The notes below the pieces were generated by a model. It was not told the origin of the DNA and searched no databases. It saw only the letters and a program-made list of their open reading frames with translations. From the human T2T-CHM13v2.0 reference genome, Homo sapiens, in the NCBI RefSeq assembly GCF_009914755.1, contig NC_060939.1: DNA of 64,000 nt, one strand, 5' to 3'. Position numbers and translations under genes: made by a program. Below, piece after piece: positions 1 through 13,012 of the stretch (position 1 is its first letter; each line of letters opens with the position of its first letter).

Positions 1-149
1 ATCGGTAAATTGCCCAGGGGAAGAGGAAGGGGGGGAAGGAGCATTAAATGTTACGAAGGCCATGTAAGGTTATTTTCCGGTTTGCAGCATTACAAGCAGC
101 AGTAGGGTTAAGTAACACAGAAACTGTTACGCTCTTGCATGCAGGGTCC

Positions 150-800
150 CTAGATACGAAGTTCGAATCGATGGAAACGTAGCTCAAAAGGCGACGCCAA
201 CACCCCGGAGAAAACACTGAGCTACTCCAACCACAGTGGCGCGCCAAGTAGGAGGCGGTACCTGAGGACCACGCCTGCGCGCGGGGTTACGCAAGCGCGC
301 AGCCTTTGCGCACGCGCACGAACGCACGGCCGCGCAGCATCTGTCTTGCTGGAAGCTTTTTCCTAGAGGTTGAGCGGTTTGCACAATGTCGGAAATGGCT
401 GAGTTGTCCGAGCTGTATGAAGAGAGCAGTGACCTGCAGATGGATGTGATGCCTGGCGAGGGTGACCTTCCGCAGATGGAGGTAGGCAGCGGGAGCCGGG
501 AGCTATCCCTGCGTCCCTCCCGCAGCGGGGCCCAACAGCTCGAGGAGGAAGGCCCAATGGAGGAGGAGGAGGCCCAGCCAATGGCGGCGCCAGAGGGGAA
601 ACGGAGCCTTGCTAACGGGCCCAACGCTGGGGAGCAGCCAGGCCAGGTGGCGGGCGCAGACTTCGAGAGCGAGGACGAGGGCGAGGAATTTGATGACTGG
701 GAGGACGACTACGACTATCCCGAAGAGGAGCAGCTCAGTGGTGCCGGCTACAGAGTATCAGCCGCTCTTGAAGAAGCCGACAAGATGTTTCTGAGAACAA
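150..800. promoter_or_regulatory. CpG island / EID1 promoter
   Basis: Dense CpG and high GC content compared with the AT-rich remainder of the window; edges approximate. Confidence 0.85.
307..318. promoter_or_regulatory. NRF1 binding site
   Basis: TGCGCACGCGCA is a perfect match to the NRF1 consensus YGCGCAYGCGCR, about 70 bp upstream of the EID1 ATG. Further GCGC-rich half-sites lie at 276-301. Confidence 0.7.
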
Positions 801-949
801 GAGAACCAGCCCTGGATGGCGGGTTTCAGATGCATTATGAGAAGACCCCGTTTGATCAGTTAGCTTTTATCGAAGAGCTTTTTTCACTGATGGTTGTCAA
901 TCGTCTGACCGAAGAACTCGGCTGTGATGAGATTATTGATAGAGAGTAG
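386..949 (+). CDS. EID1: EP300-interacting inhibitor of differentiation 1, complete single-exon CDS (187 aa)
   Basis: Intact ORF MSEMAELSELYEESSDLQ...RLTEELGCDEIIDRE, recognised as human EID1. It has acidic clusters and the RB-binding LxCxE motif (LGCDE, nt 917-931), and starts in a CpG island. Confidence 0.98.
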   Translation: MSEMAELSELYEESSDLQMDVMPGEGDLPQMEVGSGSRELSLRPSRSGAQQLEEEGPMEEEEAQPMAAPEGKRSLANGPNAGEQPGQVAGADFESEDEGEEFDDWEDDYDYPEEEQLSGAGYRVSAALEEADKMFLRTREPALDGGFQMHYEKTPFDQLAFIEELFSLMVVNRLTEELGCDEIIDRE

Positions 950-2410
950 TTAGATGCTGTTAAAAGAGGAGGAAACTACTTGAGGAGGGACCCAACTTTC
1001 CGCTATCTTTTGGGTTCATTCCAAATAGTTTTGTGCCATTGAAAAACTTGACCTTCAAAAAAATTTGTTTTTCAGAATAGAACACAATAGGACAGTGACT
1101 GCACAGTTGTGAAAAAGGAAGAGAATCATTAAAGAAAAAGAAAAAAGATTTTAAGACCGTTGAAATCAATTATCAAGAACGTCCTAAAACACCTATGGCT
1201 TTGACTTTGTTATTGATCCAGATTATTTTCCTTGCATTGGGGAAAATATCTTTCATATTTGTTTGCTGTAAAGATGGTTTTGCAAGAATAAGTCATGACC
1301 AAGACAAACTGCCAATACAAAAGCCCACTGATACTAATTATATAATGAGAAAAAAATGTATCCAACTAGGACACATATCTTTTGAGTTATTTGGACTGAA
1401 AGCTTAAGAAAACTTGGAAAATTCTATTTTGTGATCTAGTCAAGCCACAGTTATCAAAGGCTACATTTTCAGTGTAAGATAAATGGATGAGTAAACTCAA
1501 ATATGTATCACGTGTGCTTTGTATCTTAAGATGTGTTTCCAAGAGCATCTGAAATTTTGTTTGTACATGTATCTTGATCATTTATAAAGCCACTGTGATC
1601 TATAAATCAAGAAAATCCATTGTCATAACCATTTTTAAAAGTCAAAAATTAAGACATCCTTAATTAAAAAGTTTCAAATCTAGACACTAAATGTGTGTGA
1701 ATGTACAAAGAAAACAAACCATTGCTTATGCTGTTATATACTAGAGAAATTTTGTTTTGCTTGCTGTTTTAACTTGACAGATGAAGGACTTTAGTTGAAC
1801 TTCATATTGTAAGAACTGTTAATAAAAGTTGTCAAGTAAAAAGCGCTATATCTAAAAAGACTTTATGAACAGTTATTCTATCAACTTTTAAAGGTTTTAA
1901 ACCTGCCCAGAAATTACCTTGGTATCTGAAGTTTCCCTCTGTCTCCTCCTCTAATTAAGCTTGTTATTTGTCATGCACCAGCATTGGAGATAATAAAATT
2001 TCTTGTTCTGTGTATTTTGTTTGGCTAATAGTATTGCATACATACTTTCTCTGTATACTACTTTCTATTGTATGTGTTAACCAGTATTAAGGGAAAATGA
2101 TCCAGCTTCAGCTATCTAATTCACAAATTAATTTCTGGAAATTAAACTTTGTAAATTAAGTTTTTGCCTATAAGAATTTGCTGGTCTGGGAAAACCTGCC
2201 CTATCAATGAGTATGTTGCCGTGGTTACCTTACTAAGATGCTGAAGTTCTAGGAGAGTAATGATTACATCAGAAGGCTAGGTTCAGCAAAATAAGTGTAT
2301 CAGCAGGTTTTATCATGATCAGTAAAAATGTTCCAAATGCTTCTGCTCCATTATAGCAGTAAAGAACGAATATCCAATGCAACAGGACAATTCAGAGCCT
2401 TATTTATTTT
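950..2410 (+). other. EID1: EID1 3' UTR (AT-rich, 3' end approximate)
   Basis: Repeat-free AT-rich sequence after the stop codon, with several poly(A) signals. The true end cannot be fixed from sequence alone. Confidence 0.6.
1821..1997 (+). terminator. Candidate alternative polyadenylation signals of EID1
   Basis: AATAAA at 1821-1826 and at 1992-1997; the second is followed by a U/GU-rich tract (TTCTTGTTCTGTGTATTTTGTTTGG). Confidence 0.55.
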
Positions 2411-3191
2411 ATGGTCATCCTGTCTTTTGGGGAGAGAGATCTGTAAAAGATAGGACTGTGACAAGGCTGATCAGAATTGCTCAGACACTAGCTGGGTTAG
2501 GAGGGAGAGATGGTGGAAGTAAAATGTTGGTGCTTAGACTTAATCCTACTGCCTCTTCCACTGCTTTCTCAATTAGCGTGCAGCTACGGTCAGATGAGTG
2601 TGGATAGGTAATTAATTGCATGGATGATGTAAATTAGTGTGGGTGGGGGTATGCTAGTGCACAATAAACTGGCTGGTTGTATTTACCTCCAGATCTTTAT
2701 CTTTACCAGGAAAGTTTATCTTTACTAGGAAAGATAAACTCTTGGAAAAAAAAATCTGAGGTCCACAAACTAGAAGGTTGTGATTCTGTTTTTCTCTGGG
2801 ACTGAGTAGGGCAAAGAGGTGGGGGTGCGAAACACTATTCCATCTGAAGGCCCATCTTGGGGAGAAAAACCTGGGCTCTGCAATTGACTTGGTTGTTTTT
2901 CAGTCTTAAAAATAGGCAGTAAGCTGAGAGACAATGAAAATTGTAAATACTTACTTGTATTTATTGAGGATAGAAAACATTTTAACACCCCTTTTAGGGG
3001 TGTAAAATTATTTGTGTTTCTTTTACATGCAGTTGCCACAGACAAACCAGACTACTTGGTTAAAATTTGGGTTCTACTATTTATTAGCTCAGTAACTGGG
3101 AAATTAATCTCTCTGGCTCATGTCCTAAACTGAAAATAGGAACAATTGGATGTACCTTACAAATTGTGAGGACTAAATGATGATGTGTGTG

Positions 3192-3194
<3 letters not shown>

Positions 3195-3224
<30 letters not shown>
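3195..3224. repeat. (TG)n microsatellite
   Basis: Read directly. Confidence 0.95.
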
Positions 3225-3225
<1 letters not shown>

Positions 3226-6200
3226 TTCATTTAAGGAAGCTAGAGAAAGGAGTTCTGGGGAAATTCTGATTTTGCAAGGTAGGGGATTTAAAGAAGCTTT
3301 TGAGTACACGGTGTGATTAGGGAGAGTTTTCCAAATTTATCCATACATATTATAAATGTTCGCTTAGATCAGATATCCCATGTTGACTGTCTTCAGGCCA
3401 CAGATCTATTTTGTTTGGTTCATGCTTATAATTTTAAGAGACCAACATCTCAGTACAGAGACAGCAGCTAAAAATCTAGATTCTTACCTTTTTATTATTA
3501 TTTTTTTAAAGTAAAAGATCTGGGAGCCTTTGACCTATAGACCTATGTAGCCAACAAACAAACAAAAAAACAAAGCAAAAAAAAAAAAAAACCATCTGAT
3601 TCACCTTTAGATAAGGAAGATTCTGTTTGCCAAGTCCCTCAGTGTTGTCTCCCCAACACAGAGGCCAGGTAGCACTTGACATTTATCATTGGGCCTGCAC
3701 CATTGTTTTTTCTTGTGCTTGCACAGCTTGCATTACCTACTTGGCCTCTAAATATCTCAAGTTGCCTCTCCTTGTAGAGACTAAAGGATGTCTCAATTTT
3801 TGCCTGTTTTACCTTAACTCTATTACCCTTCTGAATTCAGTACCTGTTAGAGTTGTAGAAATCAGTAAAGAATTAGTGGGAGTGTGAGCAACTGAGACTC
3901 TGACTTTGCTTGAGGCCCTAAAATACTATATTAAAGTATGTCAATAAAGTCTGTTGCTTGAATTTTAAAACAAGGAAATACCTATAACTTACCCTTGCAA
4001 AAATGTATTCCCATCCTGAAATATGGTAATATTTAAAAATTGCAAGCATCGCATGTTTAATATTTTCTGCCTCTGGAGGTTTGTAAAATATTTTCTGGGA
4101 ATGAATTGTTATATTCTTGATGTTCTCAGTGGCCAAAGATAAATGTGAACTATCCGTTCCATAAATGCTATCATCTATGAATATATCCATAAATTTGAAC
4201 CTTTGTTTTCAGTCCAAAGCATATCTTAGAAATTAAGTGGGGATGGGGAAGGCATTAGTATTTCTTTGTATTTATTTTAGAACTTCCAGTGGTAGCATTA
4301 AGGATTTAATTAATTCTTTTCTTGTGCTGTATCCACAAGGTCTCTCATCTTTGCTGCCTTCATTTCTTAAACATTTTAGTTGCCTTTCTCATGGGAAATA
4401 AAGCTTCTTGAGTTGAGGCCTCTACAGTGGCACATCTCTCCCCCATATCCCCCAGCCATTTCCCCTAGGCCTGCAGGAAAGCTCAAAATAGTTATTAAAA
4501 ATCAGCCCTCAGGTCTGAGATAAATGAGATCTTAACTTTGGTCCCCACTCTAGCAGTGGGCTGAATACAACCCATTCCATGCCACCAGTGCAGAAAAGCT
4601 ATGGATTACTTTCAAAGGCACATCATATTACTATAGTTACTGGTAATGAAAACCACCCGTTATCCTCACCTCTGTTTTGCCTGAAAGATTATGGATGGGT
4701 AGTAATACTTTGCCCTAAAGAAGGGTACTGAAGGGGAAAGAGAGGCTGAGAATAAACTCTGCCCCACCACATATACCACAATCCCATTCATAAATTCCTT
4801 ATTCATTTCAGACACCCCACAGAAAGGGCCATCTTAAAAAATGATCATAGATTCTACCCAAAAGGCTGTCATTATGATGGCTTCAGCTTTGCCTACTCTT
4901 CCTCCCTTACAAAACTCTGAGATAACCCGAGGGCTCCTTTACTTAGTGAGATCTCATAACTAAAAGCATTGAGCTTGCGTGGTACCATCCATGTGAATGA
5001 AAACTGAAAATAAATTTTGCATCTACATATGTATTGAAGTCAAAATGTCAGAATGACTGAATGAATGTTTCACCACCCACATGTGTCTTCCAAGTGCAGC
5101 CCAAAATGTTATGCTCTCATGATACCAATGGTATCACCACTCTTGGAAGATCAGTCAGGACCCAACTAGACAAGAACTTATTTGTAACTGTTTCATATTA
5201 ACACTTTTCCTCTAAGGTGTTGTATACTACTGCTTAAACAGTGTATTTTATTCTGTTTTTTTAATTTAGAAAATAAAATAGACCTCAAAACCTGTACTTA
5301 TATGTTACTGATAATTTTATAATCTTATAATATGCACTTCCTATTAAGTACTGAGTATATGAAAAGGTCTCTGAGAATATTTGAGTAAATAATAATAGGT
5401 ATCATGTGACTGGCACATGCTATATAATTTACATCTATTATCTCATTTAATCCTCTAAACAGCCCTATGAGACACTTAAAATCCATCCTCTCAGAAACCT
5501 TATAAATAAGTACCATAATCCTCATTTCACTGATGAGGAAAACTGAAGCCCAGAGTAGTAGAGTCATTTGCTAGTAAGTGGCAAAGCCAGCATTTCAACC
5601 CATATGTAACCTCAGACTTTTAGCATGTTATTATTGCCAAGTACATATTAAACCTTGATCAACAGCACTCCATACAGTAAAACCTTAAGTGTAAAGAAAC
5701 TTGGATCACAACATATTAGACAAAGAGGAAAATCAGATCCTAACACACATACATAACCTGATAGAAGGAATTTAGTTTAAAAAATTAAAAGCAAGCCAAA
5801 CAAAATGTCCTGGTTTAGGTACACATTTAGCCCAATGCCTACGTATCTTCTACATTTGCTTCAGCAATGCTGTTCTTTGAGAAATGAGGTTCACAATGAA
5901 AACTCAGGCACACCACAGTACCATAAATTATTAAGGAAGAAAACATTACCTTTTATACAATAACATTTTAGAAAGCTTCTCAACCACAAGAATTGGAAGA
6001 AAATATTTTCTGCTTAAATTTCAGTTCGCTAGAACATTAACCCCAACATCACCTTTCCCCTTTGTCCCTCATCTGTACCCTGGCCCAACACACAGTCTGT
6101 TAGTTGTGATAACGGAATTGCTATCCATTTGGGGAGGGTTGGTGGAGACATCAATGACCAATTCAAGGATATGAGTTGCTAAATGATATTTTCTATGTTC

Positions 6201-6448
6201 TTTGCAACTTAGTTCTTCATTCAAAGCCAGTTAGGTAGGGACACCTATGTAGGTGGTTACATGCTCCAGTGATGGGTTAGTAATGCTGTTGTTCTAATGA
6301 TTGTTATGCATAAATCTTCAGCAGATTTTTCCCTTGTGCTGTATTAGGTTGTAGGCATACTCTGTCTAAAACTTTATTCTTTTCATTATCCCCACGCTTC
6401 TCTGAAAAAATAGATATGTTTATCTATAAATGACATTTGTGATCTTAC

Positions 6449-6568
6449 CTGTTGGTTGTCAAGATTCATCAATGTGAGACTGCATGTTGAGATGGTCAGT
6501 TTTATATTCATTCCTGAAAACTGAAGATTACTTTTGCCAAGGACTGTTGATAGGAACTTAACTGGAGG
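6449..6568 (-). CDS. SHC4: SHC4 internal coding exon (probably exon 4, 120 nt), PTB domain
   Basis: tttaaAG|CCT CCA GTT... = [40 protein letters not shown]|GTAAGA, in frame with the preceding exon. Confidence 0.96.
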
Positions 6569-8177
6569 CTTTAAAAATTAAAGAAGAAAAACAAAACACT
6601 GTTAGGAATTTTGTTACAGAATAAATGTTAATGTTTTTTAAATGTTAAAAATGAGTCAAAGTCCAAACTCTTCCTCTCTATTTTACTTTATGTAAATCAA
6701 ATGAAAGGGAATGGTTTTTATTAAATAAACTTTTTTTTAAATTAGGATGCAGCGAATTCTTTATTAAGTAGTGAAATTTAGGCCCTCAGAACTTTCTCAT
6801 AGTTTCTCTCCTCCCCAGGTGCTGGGAGTGGGCTCCTGCTTTAATGTAAACAAATTCCTGTGAGAGTTTAGACCAGCTGAACTCTTGAGTCCTTTTCAAT
6901 ACTACAAATCTAAAAAAAGAAAAATTTGACAATCCACTGAATCTAATGCCACAGAAGGCATTGATGAACTCTCCAATTACGTAACTGCTTCCTTCTCTGA
7001 GGCCATCCCTGTTCCTCCCTCATCTTTCCCTTCCCAGAGTTAAAAAGTCCTCTCTACTAGTCTAATTGTTACCTTCAGATAATCATGATGCCTGAAATTC
7101 TACCACTGGGCACCCTTTTAGGTTAAACCATTGTTTTCAGAAGGTCCCAATTGTTAAACTGAACAAATATTACTAGGAAGGGGTTAGCCCATTCCACATT
7201 AACTCATTAATAAAGATGATTTACCAGAAATTACTAATAGAGATTTAGAGGCACATCCTGAGGAAAGGGATATGTTTTGATAAAAGTCAAAATTCTGAAC
7301 CAGTCATTTCTCAAGGAGAAGAAGTGTGGGGGTGTGGTGAAGAATCATGAGAGCAGGGGGTACCCAGGAATTATAAAGAAAAGCACTGGGGTCATATGTC
7401 AGGAAAAAGGTACCAACAGGGGGGCGAGAGGCTGGGCTGGCAGATTTCCTCAGGCAGAAATGCCACTTACCAACTGATGACCTTAGACAAATAAACTTTC
7501 TAAGCCTCAAATTCCTTTTATATAAAATGTGGGGGGAAAAACAGTAGCCACCTCATAAGGGCTGTTGTGAAGATTAAATAATAACTAGAGAACATTTAGC
7601 ATAGTATTTGGCTGGTTACATGAGAGCTGTTATTATTATTATTACTTATTTTTGCCCTTCCTAACATTAAAAATTCTAAGAAATCATTTGAGAGATTTGA
7701 ATGCTTTGATGGATGCTTGGATTAAGTCCTGAAATCCTCTACTGGAAAGTGGACCAGATGATGGAAATCAGTAATTCCTCAGCATATGAATCAATACTTT
7801 AAGGCAATCAATGAAAACACAATTTGTTTCTTTCCTAGTTTTGCTTTTATATTACTCTCATTTGATTCATTCTGGAGCCATACCAAACTGTTAAACACAC
7901 ACTGTTGAAATTTAATGTACAGTTTTATTTTTAATTCCAAGCACATTCTAAAATGTAGTGCAAACAGTGTGAGGAAGGAGCCCTCAACCTCACAGCTATC
8001 ACCACATCATAAAGCTGACTCTTGGTCTACTTTCTTTGCTTCTTACACAGCTCTGGGCAAAGCGAGCCACACAGTTCAGGGATTTTGTGTTCCCACAGTG
8101 ATTTTATTTAACAGCAAGCTGCTCATTTGCTTCTCTAGAGTTTCTTTTCCATGCTAGTTTAAAAAATATTATTGTGA

Positions 8178-8472
<295 letters not shown>

Positions 8473-9664
8473 ATTATTATGAAATACAAATTAAATTATA
8501 ACACTGTCTCACAGTCGAAAAGCATTTTGTTATCTGTAAAGAACTTTTACGTAAATCATCTTAATTTTGTTCTCATCATAACCTTAATCTCGTGAGAAAT
8601 GTCCAAAATGTATTTATTATATAGGAGACAAAGTCTTTCATGCCATCATTAGAAATGTCCTAACAGTTAAAAGACCGATGGAAGAAAAAGGAGCGGAAAG
8701 CACACAGGATGGGCAGTGAGGCAACTGGAATTCAAGTCCCAGGTTTGATCCTAACTTGTCAAGGGACCTTAGACAACTCCGGAACCCCCTCAATGTTTTT
8801 GTTTACCAAACAGGATTAATACTACTATCACTTCCATTCTTCCACCTCTAGCCATGGGAATCTTAGGAGAATCAAATTTAGTATTAATAATAAAGTATAT
8901 GGAAATGCATAGTATACAGCGAAGTGCTAACAAACTGTAGTGGTTATAATTACTACTTTTAAAATGAATTTTGGCAATTTTGCTGTAGGATTTCTCCTTC
9001 GAGAAAGAGAAACTGCAGACCCTGGCCTTGGGAGAGGTCATTATGGGAATGAGAGGAGAAGGGAACAGAAAGAGAAGGCTGAGGATGGGATACTGACCAA
9101 ATTTTACTAAAGAGTGGAGGCAGGCCTGGCAGAGGTGCTTATCCACATTTTACAAACGAGAAAAGTATTAAGATAGGGAAACATTAATTGACTATATCTG
9201 GGTCAATTTATTTGTACTGACATAGCAGCCTAGCTCTTCTACTCTATGTCGCATAGTCTCTCAGGAACCCCCAGTTCTTTTGGTTATTCATTAACTTTTA
9301 GACTTCAAAACTCATGGGAGATCACATAAATGAATAAATCATTTTTCCATTAGCACTCCAAACTGCTAATGATGCAGTATCTAACAGATCTAAAGAAATC
9401 AAACAAAGATCTGACTATATTCAACTGGTCCTAAATCGTTTTTGGCTCCCTCCCCCCAGGGCAGATGCTTGGCAAGGAAGCAGATAACATTGTGATTAAG
9501 TGTGTAAATGCTGGAGCCTGCCTGGGCTTGACCTAGCTCCTCCATACACTGACTGGGCCACTAAGCAAGTTACTTAACCTCTCAGGGCCCCAGTTTCCTC
9601 ATCTGTAAAATGGGGATAAATAATAACACTAGTGGCTAGGTTTTTTGTGATGATTAACAAAGTA

Positions 9665-11150
9665 TAAAAACCACCGCATACCAAAACTTATGGGATGCAG
9701 TGAAAACAGTGAGTGCTAGGAGGAAAAATCATAGATATAAACACTTTTATTTAAAAAGCAGAAAGGTCTTAAGTCAAAAACCTAACATTGTAACTTAAGG
9801 AACTAGAAAAAAACAAAAGCCAAAGCTAGCAGAAGGAAGGAAATCATAAAGATTAGAACACAGATAAAATAAATAGAAAATAGAAAAATAGATAAAATTA
9901 ATTAAACCAAAAGTTGGTTCTCCCAAAAGATCGACAAAACTGACAAACCTTTAGCTAGATGAACTAAGGCAAAAAAGAGAAAAGACTCAAATTACTAAAA
10001 TCAGAAATGAAAGTGAAGACATTACTACCAATTCTATAGAAATAAAAAGGATTGTAAGAGACTACTGTGAACAATTGTATGCCAACAAATTGGAGAATCT
10101 AGATGAAATGGACAAATTCCTAGAATACCTATCAAGATGAAATCATAAAGAAACTGAAAATGTGAATAGGCTTGGTGAGAATATGGAGAAATTAGAACCC
10201 TTGTGCATTATTGGTGGGAATGTAAAATGATACAGCTGCTGTAGAAAACAGTATGGCAGTTCCTAAAAAAATTAAAAAATAGAATAACCACATGATCCAG
10301 CCATTCTACTTCTGGGTATATACCCAAAATAATTGAAAGGAAGGTCTCTAAAAGATTTTGTAACTCATGTTCATAGCAGCATTATTCATAATAGCTAAGC
10401 TGTGGAAGCAACCCGGTGTCCATCTACAGATGAATAGATAAGCAAAATGGGTATATACATACAATGCAAAATTATTCAGCCATAAAAAGGAAGTAAATTC
10501 TGACATCTGCTATGACATGGATGAACCTTGAGGACATTATGCTAAGTGAATTAAGCCAGTCATAAAAGGACCAATACTGTATGATTCTACTCATATGAAG
10601 TACCTAGAGTACTCAAAATCATAGAGACAGAAAGTAGAATTTTGGTTGCCAGGGGCCGGGGCGATAGGGGACTGGGGAGTTCTTGTTTAATGTGTAGAGT
10701 TTCAGTTTTGCAAGATCAAAAGAGTTCTAAAGATGGATGATGGCGATGGCTGCACAAAAATATGAATGTACTTAATACCACTGAACTGTACACTTAAAAA
10801 GGGTTAAGATGAGGCTGGGAGTGGTAGCTCACACCTATGATCCCAGCACTTTGGGAGGCTGAGATGGGCAGATCACTTGAGGCCAGGGAGTTAGAGACCA
10901 GCCTGGCCAAAATGGTAAAACCTCATTTCTACTAAAAATACAAAAATCAGCCAGGCATGGTGGCACATGATTGCAATCCCAGATACTCGGGAGGCTGAGG
11001 CATTGAGAATCGTTTGAACCCCCAGGAGGCAGAGGTTGCAGTGAGCCACTGCACTCCAGCCTGGGTGACAGAGTGAAACTGTCAAAAAAAAAAAAAAAAA
11101 AAAAGTTAAGATGGTAAATTTTATGTTATGGATATTTTACCACAATAAAG
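9665..11150 (+). mobile_element. Old L1M (L1MB-like) fragment with internal deletion, interrupted by an Alu
   Basis: ORF2-like segment 9665-10168 joined directly to 3'-end sequence (10170 onward). It sits inside a MIR whose halves lie at ~9490-9660 and ~11170-11230. Confidence 0.8.
10812..11103 (+). mobile_element. AluS inside L1M
   Basis: Dimeric Alu with poly(A); GTTAAGATG duplicated on both flanks. Confidence 0.9.
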
Positions 11151-11763
11151 TGGAGAGAAAAGAAAAGAAAAAAGCCTAAAGTGCTGGAAAGAGTCCCTGG
11201 CTCATACTAAGTACTCAATACATGCCAGCTGTTGAAGGAAACTAGCTGCTTTTCTGTTTTTCTCTGCAAGTGTACTTTCCGGATAGATGATAGCCAGGTT
11301 TGCTCTGTTTTATTTTGGGATGGGGAATCCCTGCTCCTTAAATGAGAATATCTTGCCTGGTAGCTGGAATCATCCAGTTGAAGCATCCTAATCAGAAATT
11401 ATGAGAAGCAGGAAGAGGTTAGAGATTACTTTGGAACCATGGGTTCTGTGAAAGAAACTAGTCAAAGGGAGTCCTTGATGGAATTTAAGAGCCATTTGTC
11501 AGAATGTTTCATACCGTGTGGATTCTCTAGGTGACACTGGGTTCAGCCCTATGTAATATAATGAAGAATGATAACCAAAAATGGGGCAGAATGGTATAGA
11601 AATAGAGCCCTAAGCTGGGAATCTGAAGACTTGGCTTCTACAGCTGGCTCTGACCTTAATCATCCTAGTGACTCAGGCAAATATCATCTCTTGTCTCAGA
11701 CTCAGTTTAGTAGCTGGCAAAATGAAAAGGTTAGACCAGAAGATCTCTTAAAAAACCCTTCTC

Positions 11764-12116
<353 letters not shown>

Positions 12117-12948
12117 TTATCTCAAGAGCTTTTGCATTGGCCCTTTGGACTTTTCAAACCAACAAAATATTCTAGGGCTCATAGCTTAATAGCAATAATA
12201 CTAGCTACCATTAACACAGAAAGTGTAATAGATGCCAGACGCTGTGGTAGATAGTATGTAGACATCACTTCGTTTATTTCTTACATAACTCTATAAAGTA
12301 AGTGCTATTTTCTCCCATTTTACAGATGAGTAAACCAAGGATCCAAGAGGTTAAGTAACTTGTCCAAGAGTACACCATTTGTAGGTGGCTGAGGCAGGAC
12401 TTTAATCCGAGTCTGTCTAACATCAAAACTTTTGCTTTCTTTCCACAGGGAAAGCTACTGTACCCATGTGCTATTACCTCACCTTTACCACTATCCATAT
12501 TTATACTAGAAAATAGGCCAGGAAGCCTAAAAAGTCTAAAATGTTATAATGCAGAATACATACATTATAAAATGTGGAAATTGGAAGGCACTAAACTGGC
12601 CATTTAGTGCAACTCCCTAACTCCACAGGAAATAAGAACAGAGTCTCAGCAAGATGAGATCCCATGCTCACTGGTCAGTAACAGCCAACTCTGGCACCCT
12701 ACATTTCTGACATAAAGCCCAGGGCTTTCTCCCCTCTGCAGCTGGAGGTATCACCACGTCGGACAGTGTCAGGCAACTCGGAAAGATTTGAGGGACAAGA
12801 GCAGTTTTGAGTGCAGCTCTGATATCACGCCACCTAATAAAGGCCAGGCTGGACCTTGGTCATATGGTGGGATGAACGAACAGCGATTTTCATACTATCT
12901 TTGCCATAATTAGGGAAACATAAACAAGAAAACCACATCATCATTTAC

Positions 12949-13012
12949 CTTTCGCTTTTTAATGGCTCCATTTGCCCCGGGGACAGCTTCACACAGGCGA
13001 CTTATTGCTTCC
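12949..13012 (-). CDS. SHC4: SHC4 internal coding exon (probably exon 3, 64 nt), PTB domain
   Basis: ctttAG|G GAA GCA ATA... = (R)EAISRLCEAVPGANGAIKKRK|GTAAAT. The phase completes the split Arg codon from the 71-nt exon. Confidence 0.96.

Noticed and set aside
482-547. Possible exitron in EID1 (GAG|GTAGGC donor; AGs at 525, 538 and 547)
   Set aside because: The resulting introns would be 44-66 nt, at or below the normal human minimum, and cannot be supported without junction reads.
184-624. 146-aa minus-strand ORF, and the 363-581 and 609-794 ORFs overlapping EID1
   Set aside because: Typical shadow ORFs of a GC-rich CDS, with no recognisable domain.
1195-1407. 70-aa ORF in the EID1 3' UTR with a hydrophobic N-terminus
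   Set aside because: Length and composition are expected by chance in AT-rich UTR; no homology recognised.
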